From Balamuthia mandrillaris (Eukaryota), in assembly GCA_031835245.2 (NCBI GenBank), contig JAVKOQ020000023.1, forward strand, positions 310,001-349,517: a DNA stretch of 39,517 bases, given 5' to 3'. A program made the position numbers and the translations under genes. The notes under the pieces are model-generated. The model was not told the DNA's origin and ran no database searches. It saw only the letters and a list, made by a program, of their open reading frames with translations. Shown one piece after another: positions 1 to 10,463 of the stretch (position 1 is its first letter; every line of letters begins with the position of its first letter).

Positions 1-42
1 GGAGCTAATTGTTCTGTCCTTTTTATTTCCTTAATAATGCAG

Positions 43-563
43 CATTGGTGATAGCAGGCAACAAGTTGGATTTGGACAAAAGTCGACAAGTTAGTACGCA
101 AGAAGCACAAGAATATGCCGACGAAATAGATGCTGTACTCATCGAAACCTCTGCCTCTACCGGAACTGGTACCCTTCTTTCTCCTTTCTGCACTTTTTCT
201 CATCCCTTCCTATTTCATCTTTTCTCTTGTGCTCTTTCCATTGTTCCTCCGATCTCTTTCCCCCTCTTTCTCTTGTTATGTTCTGTGTCTTATCTTATTT
301 TTTCTTTTCTCTTTCAATCTCTTCTTCTTCCACCTCCTTGTATCTTCTTTCTCAAACAATTACCAAAAAAAAAAAATTAAAAAGGAGTGGCATCCGTGTT
401 CGCAGAGCTAAGCACAAGACTGCTGCGAGTGGCGAAGGAGCAAGGGGCAAGGGGTGAGGGAGACAGAGGGCGGGGCAGCGTTTGGCTCAAAGCCGAGCAA
501 TCAGAGGATGGGCAGACCTCCGACTCCAAAAGTGCTGACAGAAAGTGTTGTATATTGCAGTAG
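43..563 (+). CDS. 3' part of a Rab-family small GTPase (last two exons, about 43-168 and 385-563); 5' end lies outside the window
   Basis: G4 motif GNKLD and G5 motif ETSA are present. A GT..AG join gives ...TGTGVASVFAELSTRLL...DRKCCILQ*, ending in a prenylation-type cysteine motif. The subfamily is not resolved. Confidence 0.9.
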
Positions 564-640
564 TAGTAGTACTTCTTCTCCACTCCCATTTTGTTTTAAA
601 AAAAGGTTTGTTTTTCGTTTTCTGTTATTTTGTTGTTCTT

Positions 641-1785
641 TTAGGAGCTTTTGTTGGCATCACTATCCGCTTGCTCCTCTGCATCTTCTTCTTTGGAGGA
701 AGATGTTGCGGAAGCAGGATAGGAATGAAGAACTTTGGCTCGAATGTCACCATCGAAGAAGAAATCGGGCTTGATGTAGTAGTTTTGTCCTTTGACGCTG
801 TAGTTGGGCCACGGCAAGAACGAAGGAACGGCCCCGCCGATATCCTTGATGTCGACGATCGTCTCCTTCTTGCGCCCCGTTAGGCTCACCGTTGAGAGTT
901 TGACCTGGTCGAACTTGAGCTTGTTCTCTTCTTTCTCTGCTTCTTCTTCGTTGTTTACTTCATGTTGTTTGTTTGTTTGTTGTTATATTAGCAAAAAAGA
1001 AACAATGGAGGAAAAAGAAAAAGGAAAAAAGAAAAAGAAAAGAAACGAACCAAGAGGAAGGGAATGGATATGGGTGACGTAGTTGCGCGATATGACACTG
1101 AGCATTCCAGTGCTTCCCAAGCTGAACAAAAGCACTGCAATCGAAAGAATCACCACCATTAAAAGATCAGGGAGAGTAGTGCAGAGAGAGAGAGAGAGAG
1201 AGGAGAGTATTTTATGTAAAGCAAACCAGTGAAGCTAACGGCGATGCGTCCGGCCATGGGCACGTCGGCGTCGGAGAAGAAAAGGAAGACGGGAGTGGAG
1301 GACACCGCAATCAGGCAGCTGGAGATGGACAAGGTCTTCACCGCCCTCAACGCCGTCCCCCACGGCGAAGCAAATACCAGCCGTGGCTGCACTTCTTCCT
1401 TCTTCTGTGGAGAAGAAGAAGCAGCAGAAGAGACATTTGCTGGCTGCTCCTCCGCTTCCTCTTTTGCTTCCTCCGATTTTTTGGACCAGAAAGAACGTTT
1501 CACGAGGAACATAGGAACACAGGAAGCCGCTTCCGCGTTGGCACGAAGAAGAAAGCGACCATTATTTCTGGTGAACGAAGACCCTCTCCTAGCGGCGGAA
1601 GCGGAAGAAGGAACAAGAGAGGAGTGATGGCGAAGCGAAGGAAGCGAAAATGGGGAAAAAGGTCGCTTGGCTTTGGAACTCTTCACATGATGAAAAAGGA
1701 GGGGAGACCTCTCGCCTAGGGAGAGGGTGCGCCCCATGAACAACCGACTACCACCGCCCCCGCCGCTGACAAAGTTTGTCGCCAT
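641..1785 (-). CDS. TMEM70/TMEM186/TMEM223-family mitochondrial inner-membrane protein (3 exons)
   Basis: Arg/Ser-rich, presequence-like N-terminus, then RLVFASPW..AVKTLSISSCLIAV. A second hydrophobic segment (VLLFSLGSTGMLSVISRNYVTHI) is in the middle exon at about 1052-1135. The last exon reads FLPWPNYSVKGQNYYI and stops at 641. Confidence 0.7.
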
Positions 1786-2258
1786 CTTCGGCTTCTTTTT
1801 TTTTTTGCTTTTGTTCGGTTTTTTGTCGACTTTCTTTGAAAGAAAAACGTTGATGCTGGTGGTTGAACGCGCGGAAGCATATTATCCACATTTTCAACTC
1901 ATAGGTTGGTCGATAGGTGGTACAATATTAAAAAAAATGAATTCATGAACAAAAAAAAAAAAGGAGCTTAGGTGAACCAAACTCAACTTCTGCGAAGGGC
2001 TGCTTCTCGCTTTCTTGCTTTTTTGTGTTTGAGGGCGGAAAAGAACTGAACCGTGTTGGCTGTGGCCTCGCCTTATTTTTTTCCAGACTTTTTTTTGACA
2101 AAAATCTTTTTGTCAGGTTTGTCAAAAAACAACCAACATTCATTCTTCTTATAGACCACACCGGAACAACTTATATTATTTTTGTTCCCTTTTCTTCATC
2201 TTCTTCTTTGTTTACGTCTCTCTCTCTTACCGAACAAACTTCTCTCCCTCTCTCAAAA

Positions 2259-4576
2259 ATGAACGGCCAGAAAACGCAAAGCCAACGACGACAAGGAGGT
2301 CGGCGAAGAAAGAAGAACGGGCTTGTGACCGCAAATAATAATAATAATAACAACAGCATGGGCGCAAAACCTTCCAGGTCCTCTCGCAAGAAATCCGTTT
2401 CCCTCTCCTCTTCCAACACCAATACTACCACTGCCACTACCGCTACCCCCACTACCGCTTCCTCTTCCCTTCCTTCCTCCACCACCTCTTCTGCTTCTTC
2501 TTCCCTGAATAATTCCTCCTCTTCCAATGGTTCCTCTTCGCCTGCCTCCCTTTGGGAATGGCAAAACGACAATGGGACCTCATGGCAAGCGTACGACGCC
2601 CAAACCAGCGCCCTCCTCGAGACGGCTCATCAGAACGGGACGACCACAGTCTCCCTTAACCACGGCTACTTCGCCAAAGGCGGCGGCTACACCGTCAACC
2701 TCTCCTCCATGACACAAATCAGAAACTCTACCAACCACTCTCGTCCCATTCGGCGTAATCCTTCGGCTGCCTCTTCAACAACTACCTCCTCCTCTTCTTC
2801 TTCTTCTTCTTCGGGAGTGACTTGGGAATGGCAGGACGATAACTCGTCATGGAAGAGCTATGATGCCCAGACGACCTCCCTCATAGAGGCTGCTCACCAG
2901 GGTGGCCAAACTTCGTTACAGCTGACTCACGGCTTCTTTGGCAAGCAAGGCGGCTACACCATCGACCTCTCCTCCATGCAACAAACCAAAAATTCTACTA
3001 ACTACACTCGCCAAATTCGTCGTGTTCCTCCTCCTTCTTCTTCTCCCTCCTCCTCTTCCTCTTCTTCTTCCTCTTCTTCTTTGTCCTCATCTTCTTCTGC
3101 GACAACCGCAACTCCAAGCGGACCAACGTGGGAATACGAGTTGGAAGAAGGCAAATGGGAGACGTACGATCGGTTGACGGCTCGCTTGCTGGAGGGCAGC
3201 GCCACCGGCGGCAGGAAGTCGGTCGTCCTTAACCATGCCCAATACTCTGGCGCCGGTGCTCACTGCGTGGTTGATTTTGAGGAGATGACACAGACCAAGC
3301 CCAGCACTGGAGACTCGTTGAAGATCCGGCGAACGCCACCACTGCCTTCTTCTAATTCATCATCGTCTTCTTCCTTGTCAAAGTCGGGAGGAAAGAAGGA
3401 TAAAGAGAAAGAAAAGGTTGGAAAGGAAGCTGAGGAAGAACGAGGATTTGGTGGCGTTGAACAGAGTAACTAATCTCTCTCTCTCTTTTTCTCTCTCTCT
3501 CTCTTCCTTTTCATTCTGTGTTATTAACGTTGAAACAAAAACAGACAAAATACAAAAACTCAAAAAGTTGACGCAGTGGAAGAAAGTTGATAAAGTTTCT
3601 GAGGAGGAGACCTGTCCAATTTGCTTCTGCGACTTTGAGGTAGACGGCGGAGATGACAGCTGCGCTGTCCTCCTCAACAAATGCAGCGGCCACTTCTTCC
3701 ATCCCAACTGCATCGTCCACTGCTTCAAGAGCGACTACCTGCAATGTCCCTGCTGCAGCATGGTCTATGGCGTTCGCGTTGGCACTCAACCCAATGGCAC
3801 CATGAGCGTTACTCGCTATGAAAAGGTTTGTTTCTTTTCTTGTTTTTCTCTTTCTTTGTATCTCTTGCGGCTTTCTCTTTCTTGTTTCTTTTTTTTTGTT
3901 TGTTTATTTGTTCGTTAAACTCATTCTTCATCTGAATAAAAATATAGGGAGGATGCACATTGTCAGGACATTCCGACGTGGGCACGATACAGATAAGCTA
4001 TCACTTCCCAGACGGTGTACAAGGCCCACAGCATCCCAATCCGGGTCAGTCCTATTCAGGAACGAGCAGGGTTGCTTATCTGCCGGACAACAAGGAAGGC
4101 AACGAAGTGCTTCAGCTGCTGGAAGTAGCTTGGGAGAGAAAGCTGCTGTTTCAAATCGGCACATCTGTCACAACTGGTTTGTTTCCTTCTGATCTCTTTC
4201 TCTCTCTTTCTCTCTCTTGTTTTGTTGTTTTCGTGTGCAGTCTGTGATGAAACGTGAAACTGTGATCACCTCACTCAACATTGAAATGAAGAACTTTTTG
4301 TTTCTATATTTTGTCACTACCACTGAGGCTACACGCTATCTAGCTCTTCTTTACTCCTCCTTTTATTTTTTTCGTCTCTCTTTTAACCCCTTTTTCTTTC
4401 TCCCTTAAAAAACAGGTCAAACGAACACAGTAGTTTGGAACGGAGTGCATCACAAGACAAGCACATCAGGAGGACCGACCAGTTATGGTTATCCCGATGA
4501 AACCTATTTTGAGCGAGTGAAAGGCGAGTTGGAAGACAAGGGAGTTACTCTGGCTGATATCAAAGGCAGGAAGTAG
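2259..4576 (+). CDS. Deltex-like E3 ubiquitin ligase: 3 WWE domains + RING + Deltex C-terminal domain (4 exons)
   Basis: Three WWE repeats (WEWQND..WQAYD, WEWQDD..WKSYD, WEYELE..WETYD). RING-H2 [18 protein letters not shown]. Deltex C-terminal motifs [48 protein letters not shown] and GYPDETY. Stop TAG at 4574-4576. An alternative start at 2358 gives MGAKPS. Confidence 0.93.
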
Positions 4577-4823
4577 GAGAAGAGAACGAAGAGAACAACA
4601 ACAATGGATCGACAAGTACCTTTTTTATTCTCCTTTTCTCTGTCTCTGTTAATGTAAAAACAAACTCCGAAAACCACCAAGAGGTGCACGTGAAGAAATG
4701 GTTTAATATGAAAATAAAAAGGAACGTGTATTTCATAGGCTTTTCACTATATTAAGTCGCATTGAACAATTCTTTCCTTCTTTCTCTTAAGTTCTTTTAA
4801 TCTTACTTCAACGAACTAAACAG

Positions 4824-4906
4824 ACCATTGCAGAACTTTATTTTCGGAAGGAACTGGAGGAGAAGGCAATGGTTTTTCTTGGACCTTGCCGTACGTTTAT
4901 TTATCC

Positions 4907-4950
<44 letters not shown>

Positions 4951-6940
4951 ACCTCTCTCCCTCTCTACCTCATTCGTTTTTTTTGTTTGCGTTGATAGAA
5001 ACGAACAATACAAACAGAAAAAGTATGGAGCGTATAACGTGTGGATATTCAAACACCGGCATGTGATACTGACCCAGCCCGACCTTGTTGACTACGTTCT
5101 AAACCGTAACTTTAGGAATTATGTACGTGCCATCATCAGCTGTTTCTTTGTTGCAGTTGGGGTGAAGTAAAGCATATTCTTTTCCACAGGAAAGAGGACA
5201 CGCTCGTCGCTCTCTCTTTCGCGAACTTCTTGGGGACGGGTTTGTACATAGCTTTCAAAAGAATTGAAACCAGGTAACCCTTCCACGATTGCTAACTGGT
5301 TGTTACAACCAAAGCATATTTACAGCAGATGGGCGTTCGTGGATGCTCCATCGCAAACTGGCCAAACCATTGTTCCGTTCGACATTTATTGCTCATGGGA
5401 TGGTCCCTGTCTTTGACAAGCACATCCGCCATCACCTCTTCACCGCCTTCCAAGAGGCCGCTCGCTCTGGAAAGCCTCTTGACCTACTACAGGTTTTAAC
5501 CGTTCTCTTTTTTGTATTTGTTGCATGAAGGGTGTCTTAACAAACAAGATAGTTGTTTATGAGTTTCACCATGGGCACCTTCTTGGAATTGGGACTTGGT
5601 TGCAAGGATGGCACCCTCACGGAGAAACAACGCCAGAAGTTCCAAGCCTGCTTTGAAGGAGCACAGGTGCCCTTTCTTCTTCTGTCTGTCGTAGAAGTGA
5701 TGATATGATCGAGACTTATTCAAACTTCTTAACAAAGGGAGGCATCGTAAGAAGATTGTTGAACCCGTTAACAGGATTTATCGCTTCCCGAGATATCAGA
5801 AAGTGTGTGGCGTACATAGACAAACACGTCTATGCCATCATACAACAAAGAAAACAAGAGAGCATGAAAGAGCTGCGAAGCAAAACCGACATATTCTCTC
5901 AGTTTTTAGCGCTGACTGACGATGATGGACAACCCCTATCTGGTTTGGTTTCGCACTTTCTTTCTGTATATCTAGTTGTGACACTCATGTGACACTCATT
6001 TTCTATCTTTTTCTGTTTCAATTCTCATTGGATGTAAAGCCAAGTATTTGAGAGATGTATTTTTGAACTTTCTCCTTGCTGGACGTGATACCACCGCTAC
6101 TGTAAGGACTAGTTCTCTCTCTCCCCCTCTCTCTGCTCTCGGTCCTCACTTATCGTGATATGGCAATCAATACAGACTCTTACATGGGCGTTCTACTGTA
6201 TCTGTAAAAATCGTGATGTTGCACAAAGAGTTTGCTTCTCTCGCTCTCTCTCTCTCTCTCTCTCCCTCTCTCCCTCTCCCTCTCCTCTTCATTTGTGTTG
6301 ATCCCTTGCTCTATGAACTATTTGGCTAATCTGCACGCAGTTGACCAAAGAGATCCAGGATGTTGTCATAGGCGAAATTCCAACGATGGACGAGATCCAG
6401 AGAATGACTTTTGCCAAGAACGTCATCACTGAAGCCTTGCGACTGTTTCCTCCTGTTGCCTTCAACGGTAGAATGGCGGCTGAAGACGACGTCCTTCCGA
6501 ATGGCGTCAAGATATTTGCTGGAGATGAACTCATTTACTCCCCGTTTTGTATGGGACGTTTGGAGTACGAAGACGCTGAGAGGTTTGATCCGGATCGTTG
6601 GACCGAGGAAAGAGCTCAGCATTACCATAAAGGATTGTTCTCCTCCTTCCATCTTGGTCCTCAGGTTTGTTGTTTTCCCTGTTGCTCAAAAGGATGGCCA
6701 TGAATAACCTCAAACAACTAAAATATGCAGACATGCTTGGGAAAGGATATGGCCTACACGGAAGCGGTGCAGACCATGTGCGCCCTTTTGAAGCATTACA
6801 AAGTGCGTTTGGTGCCCGGAGAGGAAGAGAAAAACTCTTTCAAGGCTTCCATTCTTCTCACTCCATCCGGCGGCATGCTTGTCACCGTAAAACCAAGACA
6901 GAAACAACAAAAAGAACGAGGAATGGACCTTTGCCAATGA
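4824..6940 (+). CDS. Cytochrome P450, CYP86/CYP704-clan-like, many exons; start not resolved
   Basis: I-helix LNFLLAGRDTTA, K-helix EALR, PERF-like FDPDRW, and heme motif FHLGPQ|TCLG split by an intron. N-terminal exons read ..WFFLDLA|KKYGAYNVW..VLNRNFRNY. Confidence 0.92.
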
Positions 6941-6975
6941 TCGTCGAATAATTCAAAAGTTCGAACAAAATCACC

Positions 6976-7419
6976 GGTCCTGGTTCTGCGAAATCTTCCA
7001 GGCTACCGAGTGGAAGTAAAAAGAGATGAGATAGAACAAAACAAAATATGGGTAATTATCAAAAGGCTTCCATTGTTGGAAGTTGAACTGCAAGCCAACT
7101 TGTACAGCTTCTTCTTCGTTGTTGTCAAGTTGAAAAGGGAATGGTCCAAAAATAAAATCCTCCTTTCTCTATCATCTGCCATGTAGATGACCATTCTAAC
7201 CTATTTGAAAATATAAGAGGAAATTGAAACGTCTTGGCTTGGTTAGCTGACCGCCATGCATCTTGCCCAACGCCATGCAGTTGCATTGCAGAAAATATGG
7301 CTTGCAGTTCAACTTCCAACAATGGAAGCCTTTTGATAATTACCCATATTTTGTTTTGTTCTATCTCATCTCTTTTTACTTCCACTCGGTAGCCTGGAAG
7401 ATTTCGCAGAACCAGGACC
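6976..7419. repeat. 122-bp inverted repeat (6976-7097 / 7298-7419) with a 200-bp spacer
   Basis: GGTCCTGGTTCTGCG...GAACTGCAAGCCA is the reverse complement of TGGCTTGCAGTTC...CGCAGAACCAGGACC. No mismatches were seen by eye. Confidence 0.95.
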
Positions 7420-8001
7420 ACAGCATCAGTCGTCTGAGCACGCCAAAACCAGATGTCTTGTTGTGGTAATGGAGTGAGTTGATGTGGCAGAGGTGATGAA
7501 GAAGAAAGGCGTTTGCGCTTTAGCCTTTGTGTTGGTGACGTGTAATGAGTGTTGTGTTGCTGTACAGCCACCTTTTGGTATTGTGGCTCAGGCAGTTCTT
7601 CTTCTTCTTCTTCTTTCTTTTCTTCTCCCTCTTCTTCCTCTTCAGAAAAGCCCGTTGCTTCTTCTGCTTCCTGATCTAAGACAGGCTCAGCAGTTCGTCT
7701 CATGCTGTTTCTTAATGCAAAAAGGTCATGTATCACAGATGTTGAGGGTGCTTGTGAATAAAAGTTAGCAGGAGTACCTAAAGGCAGAGAGCAACTACTG
7801 TTACCTTTTTTTTTTAGCTCCATCTTTTTTGAACTCAATAGTTCTTTCCATTTCCTTTGAATGGCGGCCACAGATCGAGATTTGCCAAAGTCCTTCATCA
7901 ACATGGGACACGCTTTTTCCCAATCTCCGTTGAAGCTTTTAATGGCGTCACTTACAACTTTTAGTTCCTCTGCAGTCCATGCCTTGCCTCTCCCTCCACT
8001 C

Positions 8002-8003
<2 letters not shown>
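7125..8003 (-). CDS. Myb/SANT-like DNA-binding protein (Harbinger ORF1)
   Basis: ATG at 8003. KAWTAEELKVVSDAIKSFNGDWEKA..RSVAAIQRKWKEL has the three-tryptophan Myb pattern. It is followed by an acidic linker and a beta-rich C-terminal region. Confidence 0.82.
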
Positions 8004-8037
<34 letters not shown>

Positions 8038-8277
8038 GTTTTGTGCAGTTTCACCGTTTACAAACAAACAAAAAAAAACAACCTTCAAAAAGAACTTTTG
8101 CCACCGCCGTGGTGATCACCACGCCAGAAGCTAACTCATCTTTTTTGCTTTCCTCTTTTCTTGTTTTCAGGCTTCGAAATTTCGTTGAACGAAGATCGGT
8201 GCAGATCGTTTTTAAGTTCATTATTGAGGTCGCTGAAGTTCATAAGTTTAAATAGTTAGTTTAGTTCTCAAGTTGCG

Positions 8278-8494
8278 AACTTCAAACTTCAATCTGACGG
8301 ATACCCATCGGTTTTTTGATCTTTTTTCCGAAATTTCGAGTTAATTTATAACTCCCAACCAACGGAAAAACAAAAGGAACTCCGTTTGATTGATAGTTGG
8401 ACAAATTGAATTAAATTTCGTTTGGAGAGGATCGAGATCTTAAGGGTTCGCACTGTGTTTCCGTCAGGTATCCGTCAGATTGAAGTTTGAAGTT
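8278..8494. promoter_or_regulatory. 28-bp inverted repeat (8278-8305 / 8467-8494) in the divergent Myb/transposase promoter region
   Basis: AACTTCAAACTTCAATCTGACGGATACC pairs with GGTATCCGTCAGATTGAAGTTTGAAGTT. The repeat is seen directly; a regulatory role is inferred. Confidence 0.6.
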
Positions 8495-8636
8495 TGAAAG
8501 TTTGAATAAGTTCGAACTTTGACGAACTTGCGTGTATAGCGACCTGGCGATCTGTCGATCTTCAATCTACGAAATTTCTTCTGCGAGGCTCTTGTGCTCA
8601 CTTGGAGCTCATATTATTATTTTTTACAAGAAAGTG

Positions 8637-9736
8637 ATGCGCGAAGAAAAGATGGCTTCTTCGCGTGGTGTCGCTGCTATGCTCCACCTTCTTGAGTGTG
8701 GTGAAAAGCTTATTGGTAGCAAAGTCAACGAGCGAAAGTGGCGAGCCCATTTTGGGGTTAGTTTTGAAACAACTGTTGTGTTAATGTGTATTTTGCAAGG
8801 ATGTCACTTTGAGCGACCGTTTAGTTGCAAATACTTGCTTTGGACGCTTTACTTTTTGAAAGTGTATCCCACTGAGGACGTGGGTTGCACTTTTTGCCGT
8901 TGTACTCCCAAAACTTTTCGATTTTGGGTCCATCATGTCGTTGAAGCATCATTGGAACCACTCGTCACTATGTTTAAGGTTTTACATTACTTCCCCTTCC
9001 CCCCCCCCCTCTCTATTTCTCTCTCTCTCCTTTTTGTTGTTGTACTTCTTCTTGTTTCTTTGTTTTTTTCTTTCTTTGTTTCTTTGTCTTTTTTTACTGT
9101 CATTCTTCTTTTTCTCGCTCTGATCTTTTTTCTTGTTTTTTCTTTTTCTTTTTTTTTCTTTTTTTTCTTTTTTTTTTTTTGCTTGTAAAGCACTTTGACC
9201 AGTGTCACAGCCAAGTTCTCCACCGACCTTTAGTCACAGGCATCATAGACACTACAGAGTGTCCTGTTCAGCGTTCTATGAATGCCAACACTCAACGTAC
9301 ATTTTATTCTGGCAAAAAAAAGCAGCACACAGTCAAATATGAACTTGTGTGGGACTTGGCGACGGAGCTCTTTTCATGGGTCAACGGCCCTTTTCCAGGT
9401 TCAGTACACGACCTCACAATTGCTCGTCAAGGTGTTCTCAATTACCTTTCCATTCGTGAGATCCTTTTAGGCGACCTTGCTTACCTGGGTGAGCCGAGTT
9501 TTTTTACTCCCATCAAGAGAGAGCAAGGACAAAGCTTGAGCGAGTTGGCTGAAGTGTTTAACCGGCTGTTGGGAGCAGAACGTGTGGAAGTGGAGAGGGC
9601 GATTCGTCGTCTTAAAGTTTTCAACTGCTTACATACCACTTGGCGTCACTCTTTAGAGTTTCATTCTTCATGCTTCACTCTTATTGTTTGTATTGTAAAC
9701 ATCGATTTATGTTTTTTTCCTTTGACTCGCAAATAA
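8637..9736 (+). CDS. Harbinger/HARBI1-like DDE transposase (exons 8637-8978, 9191-9736)
   Basis: Motifs IIDTTECPV, FYSGKKKQHTVK, GPFPGSVHD, LLGDLAY and RVEVERAIRRLK. N-terminal HTH-like segment FGVS..LLWTLYFLK. A phase-0 GT-AG intron joins the two ORFs in frame. Confidence 0.92.
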
Positions 9737-10066
9737 ACCTTCGTTCCCTCAGGTTCGTGTTTTAAACAAAATAAAAAACGTGTTTAAACTAAGCAGAACA
9801 AACTCTCGTTCCCTCAGGTCTACCGATAATTCGATTATCATCCAAATATCACAATTATTTTCATCCAATTAATAACAACGAAAGAAAGAACGAAAAGAGT
9901 AGTGGAAAAAAGAAGAAGAACCTCGCAGCGAGCCTGTTGAGGTGCTCGTGCCCTTGCCTTTTATTGTTTTGCAGCTCCAGTGGAGAGGATCCAGAAGATA
10001 CAAAAAATAGAACGTTATTTATTCAAAAAACAAAAAAAATAATAAACGGAAAAACTGCATGAAAGC

Positions 10067-10432
10067 ATGCAAGCAAAGACCGCTCCCATCTTCGAGTATG
10101 TTCTCGTCATCAAACTAGATCAAGGTTTCGCCTTGCTTCTCTCTATCTATGCATCCCTCCTTTTCTTTGTGGTTTTGTTGTGTCTGAGCCTTTTTTGAAA
10201 AATCAAAGAGCCGGGGGCCAAAGCAGTGACGGACTACCGCTTTCCACCAAAGGACTCGACCTCCGCTGCTGGCGATAAGATTGCTTCCGCCATCACTCGC
10301 TTCTGCTTTCCGGAGGCGGAGGCACCTGACCCCAAAGGCAAAATCAGAAAAAAGCTTCTCAGGTTGGATTCTGCTCTTCTCGTTTTTTTTCTCTGCTCTT
10401 CTTTCTTCTCCTCTCTTTTCCTGCCTCTCTCC

Positions 10433-10463
<31 letters not shown>

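Larger units (their letters stand above)
6976..9820. mobile_element. PIF/Harbinger-superfamily DNA transposon (Myb gene + DDE transposase, head-to-head); ends approximate, no TIR pair found
   Basis: A Myb/SANT gene next to a DDE_Tnp_4-type transposase is the two-gene Harbinger layout. It sits between the P450 and DENN host genes. Confidence 0.8.

Noticed and set aside
7003..7194. 63-aa minus-strand ORF as a separate gene
   Set aside because: It is an alternative frame of the Myb gene's 3' end running into the inverted duplicate.
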